A stretch of 32,000 nucleotides of DNA, taken from assembly GCA_964464585.1 (NCBI GenBank), contig CAYXGS010000013.1:24199-56198 (forward strand), in the 5' to 3' direction. This document shows positions 8,757-18,709 of this stretch, piece after piece. This DNA is from an uncultured Gemmatimonas sp. (GTDB lineage: Bacteria > Gemmatimonadota > Gemmatimonadetes > Gemmatimonadales > Gemmatimonadaceae). Numbering within the stretch: position 1 is the first letter of the stretch; each line of letters opens with the position of its first letter. Under the pieces are notes generated by a model, which saw only the letters and a list, made by a program, of their open reading frames with translations, was not told where the DNA came from and ran no database searches. The position numbers were made by a program, and so were the translations under genes.

Positions 8757-10109
8757 TCACCGTTCGGTGATGATCCTCGCGGCCGTCGCCTGCCCCTGGG
8801 CGATGCAGTCACCCAGGGCCACTCCGGCGCGCCACTGCCCGGTAAGGTAGAGGCCCGGCAGCGCGGATTCCACGCGCGCCGCGCCGTTGAGCACGGCCTC
8901 GTGCCCCAGTTCGTACTGCGGGATCGCCCGCGGCCACAACTGATGGTTCACGAAGGTCGGCTCGCCCCTCACGCCGAGGAGCGTGCGGAGGTCCTCGCGC
9001 ACCATCGGCAGCAGCGTATCGAGCGGCATCGCGCCGAGCTCGGGCGCGCGCTCGCCACCGACGAAGCATGTGATCAGCACCTGACCATCGGGCGCGCGAC
9101 CGGGGAACACGCTCGAGGAGAAGAGCGCGCCGAGCACCGTTCGGCGCTCGATCTCGGGACACAGGATGCCGAACCCGTCCAGCGGATGCGCCACATCGCG
9201 ACGGTGGAATCCCAGCGCGAGCGTGCACACGGGCGGATGGCGGAGCGCGATCGCCGGTTCGAGCGCCGCGCGCGCTCCCGCGGGCAGCTCGAGGTCCTCG
9301 AGCGCATGCGCCGGACCCGCCCAGATGACGGCATCGAAGTACTGGTCGGTCGCCTCGCCACGGCGCGTGACCGCGAGACGCCAGCCGTCGCCCTCGCGCG
9401 CGAGCGCGGTGACCCGCGCGCCAAGGCGCACACGCGACCCGAGGGCGACGGCCATCGCGGTGGGGAGCGTGCCCAATCCGTCCTTGAACGAGGTGATGCC
9501 GCGGCGGCGCACCACGCCGGTGCGCGCCCGTGCTTCCTTCGGGCCGCCGAGGAGCAGTGAGCCGTGCCGGCGCTCCGCGTGATAGAGCAGTGGCATCGCG
9601 TGCCGTGCCGAGAGCCGTTCCGGGTTCCCGGCATAGATGCCGGCGACGAACGGATTCACCAGGTAGGTGAGGATCTCGTCGCCGAGTCGCCGACGGACCA
9701 GCGAGGCGATCGATTCGTCGGTGCCGTCGCGCCGCGCCGCGACGAACGGTTCGCGGAGGATCCGCAGCTTGGCGCGCGCCGAGAGTGCCGGGGTCGTGAG
9801 CAGCGACGCGGGACCGGAGGGCAGCGGGATCGCCGACCCATCCCGCGCGATGTAGCGGCGCTTCGCCGCGGGCGACGGCGAGATGCGCTGCGACTCGAGG
9901 TCGAGCAGGTCGATGAGCTGCTCGAGCGCCGGCGTGCTCATCATGGACGTCGGGCCGGCCTCGACGAGGAACCCGTCGCGTCTCACCGTCGTGATCACAC
10001 CGCCCACGCGGTCCGAGGCCTCGAACACCGTGACGTGGGCGCCCCGGGCGCGCAGCTCGATCGCCGCACTGAGTCCCGTGATGCCCGCGCCGATCACCCC
10101 GACCTGCAT
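8757..10109 (-). CDS. hemY: Protoporphyrinogen IX oxidase, O2-dependent FAD enzyme (HemY/PgoX)
   Basis: 450-aa ORF with the N-terminal FAD fold MQVGVIGAGITGLSAAIEL...FEASDRVGGVI, then SIASLVRRRLGDEILTYLVNPFVAGIYAGNPERLSARHAMP. It sits directly downstream of hemF. Confidence 0.9.
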   Translation of the reverse strand: MQVGVIGAGITGLSAAIELRARGAHVTVFEASDRVGGVITTVRRDGFLVEAGPTSMMSTPALEQLIDLLDLESQRISPSPAAKRRYIARDGSAIPLPSGPASLLTTPALSARAKLRILREPFVAARRDGTDESIASLVRRRLGDEILTYLVNPFVAGIYAGNPERLSARHAMPLLYHAERRHGSLLLGGPKEARARTGVVRRRGITSFKDGLGTLPTAMAVALGSRVRLGARVTALAREGDGWRLAVTRRGEATDQYFDAVIWAGPAHALEDLELPAGARAALEPAIALRHPPVCTLALGFHRRDVAHPLDGFGILCPEIERRTVLGALFSSSVFPGRAPDGQVLITCFVGGERAPELGAMPLDTLLPMVREDLRTLLGVRGEPTFVNHQLWPRAIPQYELGHEAVLNGAARVESALPGLYLTGQWRAGVALGDCIAQGQATAARIITER

Positions 10110-10110
10110 C

Positions 10111-11072
10111 TCACCCCTCCCCGGCCCAGTCCCTCGGAACGAGCATCGCCGCGAGCTCCGCCTCGATCGAGCCGGCAGGAGCCTCCGGCGGCGTGACCCA
10201 CTCGGCCACCGGCGGCATGGACATCAGCACGCTCTCGGTGCGGGCGCCCGTCTGCAGCCCGAAGAGTGTCCCGCGGTCGTGCAGCAGGTTGAACTCCACG
10301 TACCGTGCACGGCGATGGCGCTGGAGCCGCACCTCGCGGTCCGTGAACGGCGTGTCGCGTCGCCGGCGCACGATCGGCGCGTACGCGGTTTCGAGCGCGC
10401 GCCCCACCGCGTGCACGAACGCGTGCAGTGCGCCGTCGTCGAGACCGTGCGCGGCATCGTCGGGACGCAGGTGATCGAAGAAGACACCACCGACGCCGCG
10501 CGCCTCGTTGGCGCGGTGCGTGTTGCGGAAGTACTCGTCGCAAAGCGGCTTGTACGCGGCGTACAGGCCGGCTCCATGCGTGTCGCACACGCGCTGGAGC
10601 GCGCGGTGGAAGTCACGGGCGTCCTCGGCGAACGGATAGGTCGGCGTCAGGTCCGTCCCGCCGCCGTACCAGGCGTCGTGCACGCCGCCATCGGCGTCAC
10701 TGAGCTCGAAGTAGCGGACGTTGAGGTGCACCGTCGGCACCATCGGCGAGCGCGGATGCACCACGACGCTGACGCCCGTGGCGAAGAAATGCGGCACGGT
10801 GCCGGCCGGGATGTTCCCGCCGAGCCGCGCGGCCGCATCGAGCGGGAGGATCCCCTCGACCAGCGCGCGATTGACGCCCGCCTTCTCGAACACGCGTCCG
10901 TTCGCCAGCAGGCGCGAGCGCCCGCCGCCGCCGCCCTGACGGTCCCACGCCGCTTCCTCGAAGTGACCACCGTCGAGCGATTCGAACAGCCGGGTGATCT
11001 CATCCTGCAGCGCGGCGGTCCACGCCGCCATGCGTGCGCGGCGCGTCCCCTGTCCCACATCGCTCACCGCGG

Positions 11073-11076
<4 letters not shown>
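10111..11076 (-). CDS. hemF: Oxygen-dependent coproporphyrinogen III oxidase
   Basis: Track ORF 10111..11127. Motifs: GGGGGRSRLLANGRVFEKAGVN, FFATGVSVVVHPRSPMVPTVHLNVRYFE, WYGGGTDLTPTYP. The preferred ATG at 11076 shares ATGA with the hemE stop. Confidence 0.93.
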
Positions 11077-12151
<1,075 letters not shown>

Positions 12152-12152
<1 letters not shown>

Positions 12153-13483
12153 CAGGTGGTCCGTGGGGAGAGTCGACGGCGGCCGGCGACGGGGTCCTTC
12201 GCGGCGCGGCCGGCGGCCAGCGGGGCGGGGCCTGCGAAGAGCGAGTCCAGGGTCATCGTGAAGGCGTGCAGGGCCTCGCCGTGCGCGATCGCCGTCCGGA
12301 GCTTGGTCATCGGCCGCGCGAGCAGCTTGGCGACGATGCGGTCCGTCGCATGCGCCGCGACCTTGTCGCCCGCAGCGAAGGTGAGTTCACGGCGACAGAT
12401 CTCGGTGAGCGCTTCCGCGAGCGGCCGGATGGCATCGCGCGCGGCGGCGGCCGAGACCCACTCGACGAAGCTCTCGAGCTCGGCCTCGACGATCGCCTCC
12501 GCGGCGGGCGCGGCGGCCTTCCGCATCTCCTCGGCCGCGAGGACCGGCAGGTGCAGCGCATCGAGGTCGGCGAGCGTGACCCCGGGCGCGCCGGCGAGCG
12601 AGGGATCGATGTTGCGTGGCATCGCGAGGTCGAGCAGCAGGAGCGGATAGGTCGCTGTGCCGCAGTTCTCTCGCGCCGTCCGGAGCTGGCCGTACATGAC
12701 GACGGGCTCAGCGGCGGCCGTCGCGGTGATCGCCACATCGGCCATCGCCACCTCGACATGCATCGCCTCGTAGGGCGCGGCGCGCCCCCCGACCTCGGCC
12801 GCGAGCGCCTCGGCGCGCTTGGAGGAGCGGTTGATGCAGACGATGTCGCGCGCGCCGAGCTTCATCAGCTGGCGCGCGGTGGATTGCCCCGTCTTGCCGC
12901 ACCCGATCACGACCACGCGCGCGTGGGCGAGGTTCCCGAACCGGTCGTGCGCGACGGCGGCTGCCTCGGCGCCGACGGAGCGGCGGCCCGCGGTGAGCGA
13001 CGTCTCGTGCTGGATGCGCTTGCCCGTGCGCAGCGCCGTGTCGAAGAGCCGGTGCAGGACCGAGCCCGCCGCCCCTTCGTCGTCCGCGACGCGATAGGCG
13101 TCGCGGAGCTGGCCGAGGATCTGCCCGTCACCCATCACCTGCGAGTCGAGGCCGGCCGCGATCCGGAGCGCCCGTCGCGCGACGTCGAGTCCGCCGCGCA
13201 CCTTGGCGGCGGCGAGCAGCGCCTGGGCTTCGGACTTCGACCCCATCCACGCGCGCGCGAGCGCGCGCACCGCGTGATCGAACGCCGCGGGCGAGGCCGG
13301 GTCGTTGTTGGTCGTCCAGGCGTAGATCTCGCTCCGGTTGCAGGTCGAGAGGCACACGAGCTCGCGGACCTCGGCGTGCACCTCGCGCGAGTAGAGCTTG
13401 AGCACGCGCGCCTCGGAGAGGTGGAAGCGCTCCCGCGTCGCCACGTTGGCGTGCCGGTAGTCCACCGCGATCGAGATCAGCAT
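12152..13483 (-). CDS. hemA: Glutamyl-tRNA reductase
   Basis: 443-aa ORF with the catalytic Cys motif LSTCNRSEIYAW, the NADPH site VVVIGCGKTGQSTARQL, and a C-terminal dimerisation helix. Its stop overlaps the hemE ATG by 1 nt (TGATG). Confidence 0.95.
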
Positions 13484-13487
13484 CGGA

Positions 13488-13979
13488 TCACCTGCCGCGG
13501 AACGGTGCGTTGAGCTGCACGACGCACCAGTTGAGATAGATCGCCGCCGTCACCCAGAGCAGGTACGGGGCGAACCAGATCCCCGCCGCATGGGCCAACG
13601 GTCGCGTGGTCCAGTACATGAACCAGATCGACGCGTAGAACGGGAAGACCTGCACCAGCGCCCAGTCGGGCCGCTTCGACCGGAAGAACAGCCAGCTCCA
13701 CCAGACGTTGCCGATGCCGTTCAGCGCGCACGCGAGCAGGAACAGCTTGCGCTGCGCGCCGGTGCCCCCGCCGTTCCACGCGAGGTAGCACCCGTAGCCC
13801 GTCGAGACGAAGACCGTCGTCCAGATCGGACCGAAGAGAGCGTCGCGCGGCTTCCATGACGGCTGCCGGAGCGCCCGGTACCACGGGCCGATGTCCGTGA
13901 CCAGTGCGCCCACCGTCGCCACCGTCGCCCAGAAGGCGACCGCGCCGGTGATCGGGATCCAGGCCGGGTCCATGCTCAA
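13488..13979 (-). CDS. tspO: TspO/MBR tryptophan-rich sensory protein (CrtK homologue)
   Basis: 163-aa ORF predicted to have five TM segments. It is Trp-rich (PWYRALRQPSWKP, FGPIWTTVF, NVWWSWLFF, YLLWVTAAIYLNW), typical of TspO. Confidence 0.9.
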   Translation of the reverse strand: MSMDPAWIPITGAVAFWATVATVGALVTDIGPWYRALRQPSWKPRDALFGPIWTTVFVSTGYGCYLAWNGGGTGAQRKLFLLACALNGIGNVWWSWLFFRSKRPDWALVQVFPFYASIWFMYWTTRPLAHAAGIWFAPYLLWVTAAIYLNWCVVQLNAPFRGR

Positions 13980-15172
13980 GCGGTCGCAAAGCCGGTGAGG
14001 TGGGCGAGGTTCTTGAAGAAGATCCGCACGTGCGAGAGCGGTTTCGCGCGCACCAGACGCTTCCGCATGTAGGCGTCGAACGTCAGCCGCTGCACGTCGA
14101 GGTCACGGCAGATCGCGACGAACCGCTCGCGGCGGTCGTCGTTCGTGTACCAGAAGCGCTGCATCACGTCGAGCACCCAGAACACCTGGCCGTGGGCGCG
14201 CATGAAGCGCCGGCGCGCGCGCCGGAGCTCCGTCGCACGGCCGGTGGAGAGCGCGGCGTCCACCGCCTCGGCCGCGAAGCGCCCGCCGGTCATCGCGTAG
14301 AAGATCCCCTCGCCGCTCGCCGGCGCGACGACGCCCGCCGCGTCACCGGCGAGCACCACCTCGCGCCCGTCGTCCCAGACGGGGAGCGGATGCAGCGGGA
14401 TCGGGGCGCCCTCCTTTCGGATCGTCTCCACGCGGTCGAGTCCGGTGGCCTGCCGCAGCTGTGCGACCGATTCCTTCAGGCCGAATCCCTTCTGGAGCGA
14501 ACCGGTCCCGATGCTCGTCGTCTTGCCGTGCGGGAAGACCCACGCATAGAAGTCCGGCGAGAGCGGGCCCTGATAGTAGACGTCGCAGCGGTCGTGCGCG
14601 AACGCGGCGGTGCCGCCCTCGGGCGACTTCACGATCTCATGATACGCGAAGACGAACTTCCCCTCGTCCGCGCGCGGGACGCACTGCCGCGCCACCTGCG
14701 AGAGCGCGCCGTCGGCGCCGATGATGAACCGCGCGCGCACCGAGCGTTCCTCGCCCGAGCGCGAGCGGCCGTCCGTGTACACCACGCGCGCCACGCCGTC
14801 GGGGTCGCGGTCGCGACGCACGAACGCGCCCTGACGCCGCTCCACGCCCTCCGCCGCCGCCCGGGCGCGCAACCATTCGTCGAACACGTCGCGATCGACC
14901 ATGCCGACGAACCCGTCTCCCACCGGGATGTCGACGTTCCGCCCCTTGGGCGAGATCATCCGTGCTTCGCTGATGCGGGCGACGAGCAGCGACTCCGGCA
15001 CGTCGAAGTCCTCGAGCAGCTGCGGCGGCACCGCGCCGCCGCAGGGCTTCACGCGCCAGGCGCGGTCGAGCAGCAGCACCGAGCGGCCCGCCTTCGCGAG
15101 ATCGTGTGCCGCGGTCGCGCCGGCAGGGCCGCCGCCCACCACCACGACGTCGTAGGTACGATCGAGGATCAT
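13976..15172 (-). CDS. bchP: Geranylgeranyl-bacteriochlorophyll(ide) reductase
   Basis: 398-aa ORF with YDVVVVGGGPAGATAAHDLAKAGRSVLLLDR...KPCGGAVP and full-length similarity in pattern to BchP/ChlP. Its stop shares ATGA with the tspO start. Confidence 0.93.
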   Translation of the reverse strand: MILDRTYDVVVVGGGPAGATAAHDLAKAGRSVLLLDRAWRVKPCGGAVPPQLLEDFDVPESLLVARISEARMISPKGRNVDIPVGDGFVGMVDRDVFDEWLRARAAAEGVERRQGAFVRRDRDPDGVARVVYTDGRSRSGEERSVRARFIIGADGALSQVARQCVPRADEGKFVFAYHEIVKSPEGGTAAFAHDRCDVYYQGPLSPDFYAWVFPHGKTTSIGTGSLQKGFGLKESVAQLRQATGLDRVETIRKEGAPIPLHPLPVWDDGREVVLAGDAAGVVAPASGEGIFYAMTGGRFAAEAVDAALSTGRATELRRARRRFMRAHGQVFWVLDVMQRFWYTNDDRRERFVAICRDLDVQRLTFDAYMRKRLVRAKPLSHVRIFFKNLAHLTGFATA

Positions 15173-16404
15173 GAGGACAGCTCCTCCCGTTCACCCGCGC
15201 GCGGCGCGAGCCCATAGGGTGCGACCAGCGCCCACGCGAAGTCCGGCACCATCCGCTTCATCCGCCGCGGCCGTTCGGCGCGGAGGTTCAGCACGCCCTC
15301 GGCCATCTTCATCTCCACCCGCGTGCGCGCGAACTCGAGACCCTTCGGCCCGAAGCGCCGCTGCATCCATCCGATGAGCGGACGCATCCACTGCGGCGCC
15401 CCGCGCACGGGCAGTCCGCCTGCCGAGCGCTCGAGCAGGCGCACGAAGGTCCCGACGGGACCACGGCGGTCGCCGCGTGAGCCCACGGCGCCAAGGACCA
15501 CCTCGTCACGAATCAGCTCGAGCATCGCCTGCCCGCGCGCGGTGCGCACGAGCAGCCACTGTTCGCCCTCGCCACCCATGTATCCCACGGTGAGGTCGCT
15601 CAGGCTGTTCGTGTAGTCGAAGCACGCGCGACAGGTGAGCGGGAAGAAGTCGCGCGGGAGCTTGCTGATCGGGAGCTGCATGAACGGGATGAACCGCTCG
15701 GTGCCGTCATCGAACCGGAGTTCCACGCGGAAATCGGCGAGGAACTCGAGATACGTCACGCGCTCGGGCCGGTCGGTGAGCAGGCCGAGGAACTGATGGA
15801 ATCGCTCGGTGGTCGTGTTGTCGCTGCAGGGCGTGCCGAGCACGTGGAGCGAGTCGAGACCGAGCTCGGCCTCGAGGGCGCGCAGTGCGTGCACCTGGCA
15901 CGCCACGCCCACCACCGCGAGCCGCGTGTAGCCACGCGCCGCGCACTCGTCGAGCAACGCCAGCACGGGCGAGTACCCCATCTTCATCCCGCGACAGCTC
16001 GCCATGTCCTCGGCGCGCGTGATGATCGCCGGACGCGGCGCCCAGCGGTCGTCCGGCGCGCTCGCCGTCGCGAGCACCGCGTCGACCATTCCCGTCTCGA
16101 GCATCCGCTCGGCGATCCGCGTGGTGATGCCCGTCCACTGGGCGCCGTCGACCGGCGTGCGCATCCGCGCGCGATGCATCGCGCGGAAGGGACCGAAGAA
16201 CGCCTCGTCGGATGCGAGATCGCGTGTGCGACCATGCACCTGCGTCTCGAGCGCGTCGTAGCGCGGGTGGATGAACTGGCACGCCTTCCCGCACGACGCG
16301 GCGTGCGACGAACGCGAGATGCCGCAGTCCGTGCAGAGGTCCCGATGCGGCGCCGCGGCGAGCGTCGGCGCCTCCAGGATCGGGAGCACGGCGACGGCGC
16401 CCAT
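15169..16404 (-). CDS. bciB: FrhB-family (F420-hydrogenase beta-like) Fe-S flavoprotein; probable BciB-type ferredoxin-dependent 8-vinyl reductase
   Basis: 411-aa ORF with an N-terminal Cys cluster CTDCGISRSSHAASCGKAC. FrhB-like core: GMVDAVLATA..., LAVVGVACQVHALRALE, LHVLGTPCSDN, LTCRACFDYTN. The BciB call rests on family membership plus the position between bch2 and bchP; I could not run a homology search. Confidence 0.6.
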   Translation of the reverse strand: MGAVAVLPILEAPTLAAAPHRDLCTDCGISRSSHAASCGKACQFIHPRYDALETQVHGRTRDLASDEAFFGPFRAMHRARMRTPVDGAQWTGITTRIAERMLETGMVDAVLATASAPDDRWAPRPAIITRAEDMASCRGMKMGYSPVLALLDECAARGYTRLAVVGVACQVHALRALEAELGLDSLHVLGTPCSDNTTTERFHQFLGLLTDRPERVTYLEFLADFRVELRFDDGTERFIPFMQLPISKLPRDFFPLTCRACFDYTNSLSDLTVGYMGGEGEQWLLVRTARGQAMLELIRDEVVLGAVGSRGDRRGPVGTFVRLLERSAGGLPVRGAPQWMRPLIGWMQRRFGPKGLEFARTRVEMKMAEGVLNLRAERPRRMKRMVPDFAWALVAPYGLAPRAGEREELSS

Positions 16405-17747
16405 CAGCGCATCGCTCCGAGGATCGCTTCGCCGGCGTCACTGCGGCGGAGCAGCGGCGATCGGCCGGCCGGCGTGGCCGCGAGGGCCATCGCGGCGGCG
16501 ATGATGAACAGCACCGCCTCTCCCGCGAACACCGCGGTGTAGCCGCGGACGGGGTCGCCGAAGGCGGCGATCGTGAGGTCGCTCGCGACCCCGCCGCCGA
16601 GCGAGCCGGCTCCGTATGCGATCGCCTGCGCCGCCCCATAGACGCCGAGCCGGATGCCCGTCCCGCGAGAGGTGTCGGCGGCCGTCATGGCCATCATCGA
16701 CCCGATCGCGCCGACCGCGAAGACGCCGTTCGCCACGCCGAGCGCGAACACCGTGCCCTGCAGGAACGCCGGACCGCCGATGATCGGCGACCGCGCGAGC
16801 GCGATGAGCGTGAGGGCCGACGCGATGCAGCCGCCCGCCGCCCAGCCGCGCAGCGACCCGACGCGCGCACTGAGCACCGCGGCCACGAGCATGCCGAGCA
16901 TCACACCGCCGTGCTGCGTGCCGCCGAGCTTCGTGCTCGCGCCGGGCGTCAGACCGAACACGCGACCGGCGAACGGTTCGAGGATGAGGTCCTGCGCGCT
17001 GTAGGCGAGCATCGCGGCGAAGACGAAGAGCGCGAAGCGGCGAGTGGCCCGGTCTGCGAGCGCGTCACGCAGCGTCGCGCCGAAGCCAGCCGACGGCGCG
17101 ACGGCCGGCGCGCGCAGCGGCGGACGCGCGATCCGCCACGAGCCCCACGCGGCGATCGCGGCGAGCACCGACGCGACGAGGCAGACGCCGGCCGTCACTG
17201 CGATCAGCCGGTCGAACGAGAACGGATCGAGCAGCGCACCGGAGACGCCCGCCGTCACCGCGATCCCGAAGATCATCATGATCCAGAGCAACGCCGCCGC
17301 ACCGCCCAGTCGCCTGGGCTCGATCTCCTCGGCGACGTGCGCGAGCAACGCCGTGCCCGCCGCGCTCATGCCCACGCCGATCAGCGCGTACGCCGTGAAG
17401 GCCAGCGCCATGCCCGACCAGAAGTCGCGCGCGGCGATCGCGACGGCGATCGCCGCGAGGAAGCCGCCAAGGGCGAGCACGACCGCGCCGCCGAGGATCC
17501 ACGGCGCACGGCGGCCGCTCCGGTCGGAGTCGAAGCCGAACTTCGCACGCGACATCTGGATCGCGAAGTGGAGCGCGACGAGGACGCTGGGGATGGTGGC
17601 GGCGAGCCCCAACTCGACGACCATCACGCGATTGAGCGTCGACGTCATGATCGCGGCCACCGATCCGATGGCGATCTGCGCGAGACCGAGCCGCGCGATC
17701 GCGCCCCAGCCAAGATAGGTGCGCGGAAGGGGGGATCCGGCGATCAC
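16404..17747 (-). CDS. bch2: PucC/LhaA (BCD) family major-facilitator protein, counterpart of Rhodobacter orf428/bch2
   Basis: Track ORF 16404..17972. A polytopic membrane protein with LGLAQIAIGSVAAIMTSTLNRVMVVELGL, paralogous to the lhaA product at 31332. The preferred GTG start at 17747 shares GTGA with the bchG stop; upstream codons are Arg/Pro/Gly-rich and overlap bchG. Confidence 0.85.
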   Translation of the reverse strand: MIAGSPLPRTYLGWGAIARLGLAQIAIGSVAAIMTSTLNRVMVVELGLAATIPSVLVALHFAIQMSRAKFGFDSDRSGRRAPWILGGAVVLALGGFLAAIAVAIAARDFWSGMALAFTAYALIGVGMSAAGTALLAHVAEEIEPRRLGGAAALLWIMMIFGIAVTAGVSGALLDPFSFDRLIAVTAGVCLVASVLAAIAAWGSWRIARPPLRAPAVAPSAGFGATLRDALADRATRRFALFVFAAMLAYSAQDLILEPFAGRVFGLTPGASTKLGGTQHGGVMLGMLVAAVLSARVGSLRGWAAGGCIASALTLIALARSPIIGGPAFLQGTVFALGVANGVFAVGAIGSMMAMTAADTSRGTGIRLGVYGAAQAIAYGAGSLGGGVASDLTIAAFGDPVRGYTAVFAGEAVLFIIAAAMALAATPAGRSPLLRRSDAGEAILGAMR

Positions 17748-18625
17748 GCGATGCTCCGCAGGGCGAACGACGCGACCATCATCCCCGAGACGTAGAACGG
17801 GACGCCGGCGGCCGAGAGGAACAACGCCCGTTCCACCGGTGCCTGCAGGAACCGATGCATCAGTCCGAGTTGGACGAGCAGGAGGCCGCCGATGACGATC
17901 GGGTGCCAGCTCGCCCCCCACGCCGCCAGGAGTGCGATCACGACGAGTTGCGGCGCGATCATGACCGTGCAAAGCACCCAGCCGGCGCGACGCGGACCCA
18001 GCGAGACGGGCAGCGACCGGATGCCCATGTGTCGGTCACCTTCGATCGCCTTGTAGTCGTTCAGCGTCATGATCCCATGGGCACCGAGCGAATACAGCGC
18101 CGCGAGCGAGAGCACCTCGATCGACGGTACGCGGCCGCCGAGCATGACGACGGCGCCGGTGATCCACGCGAGCCCTTCGTAGGTGACACCGACCGCAGCG
18201 TTGCCGATCCACCCGTTCTGCTTGAAGCGGAACGGCGGAGCCGAATAGGCCCACGCGAACAGCAAGGCGACGTCGACCGCGAGCATCCCCACGAACCCGA
18301 GCGGGATCGCCGCGAGGATCGAGAGCAGGGTCCAGCACACCGCGATGCGGAGGCCCCAAGTCCCCGGGATGCGACCCGACGGGATGGGACGATGCGGTTC
18401 ATTGATGGCGTCGACCTCGCGGTCGAACCAATCATTCGCGGCCTGGCTGGCGGCGCAGACCAGCGGCCCCGTGATGCACAGCCCGAGGGCGAACGCGGCA
18501 CGATTCCCTTCGAACGGGACGTTCGCCGAGACGGCGCCGCACGCGAATGCCCACATGGGTGGGAACCAGGTGACCGGCTTGAGGAGCGCGAGGACGGCCC
18601 GCGGCTCCGGAAGCGGATTCGCCAT
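17744..18625 (-). CDS. bchG: Bacteriochlorophyll synthase (UbiA-family prenyltransferase)
   Basis: Track ORF 17744..18691. The ATG at 18625 gives MANPLPEPRAVLALLKPVTWFPPMWAFACGAVSA, which aligns with BchG N-termini. It contains the prenyltransferase motif NDWFDREVDAINEPHRPIPSG. Confidence 0.93.
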   Translation of the reverse strand: MANPLPEPRAVLALLKPVTWFPPMWAFACGAVSANVPFEGNRAAFALGLCITGPLVCAASQAANDWFDREVDAINEPHRPIPSGRIPGTWGLRIAVCWTLLSILAAIPLGFVGMLAVDVALLFAWAYSAPPFRFKQNGWIGNAAVGVTYEGLAWITGAVVMLGGRVPSIEVLSLAALYSLGAHGIMTLNDYKAIEGDRHMGIRSLPVSLGPRRAGWVLCTVMIAPQLVVIALLAAWGASWHPIVIGGLLLVQLGLMHRFLQAPVERALFLSAAGVPFYVSGMMVASFALRSIA

Positions 18626-18650
18626 GCGTAGCGGACCACTTACGGTATGC

Positions 18651-18672
18651 ACTGTCAGGAAAACCTGACAGT
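18651..18672. promoter_or_regulatory. PpsR/CrtJ-type operator: ACTGTCAGG-AAAA-CCTGACAGT, containing a canonical TGT-N12-ACA (18653-18670)
   Basis: Read directly. Perfect 9-bp inverted arms in the 84-nt ppsR-bchG gap, 26 nt upstream of the bchG ATG. It matches the established PpsR/CrtJ recognition pattern. Confidence 0.6.
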
Positions 18673-18709
18673 CAGGGTGCGCGATGCGCAAGCGTCGCCC
18701 TGCATTGGT

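Noticed and set aside
8757-10109. Alternative reading of the FAD amine-oxidase-fold gene as a carotenoid desaturase (CrtI/CrtD), since such genes occur in PGCs
   Set aside because: The internal blocks (RRRLGDEILTYLVNPFVAGIYAGNPERLS, a 450-aa length) and the position directly after hemE-hemF fit protoporphyrinogen oxidase. No other crt genes are adjacent.
15169-16404. Literal annotation as coenzyme F420 hydrogenase/dehydrogenase beta subunit
   Set aside because: No partner hydrogenase or F420 biosynthesis genes are nearby, and the gene is translationally coupled to BChl genes. The family also contains tetrapyrrole reductases (BciB, HCAR), which fit the context better. The specific function remains unproven.
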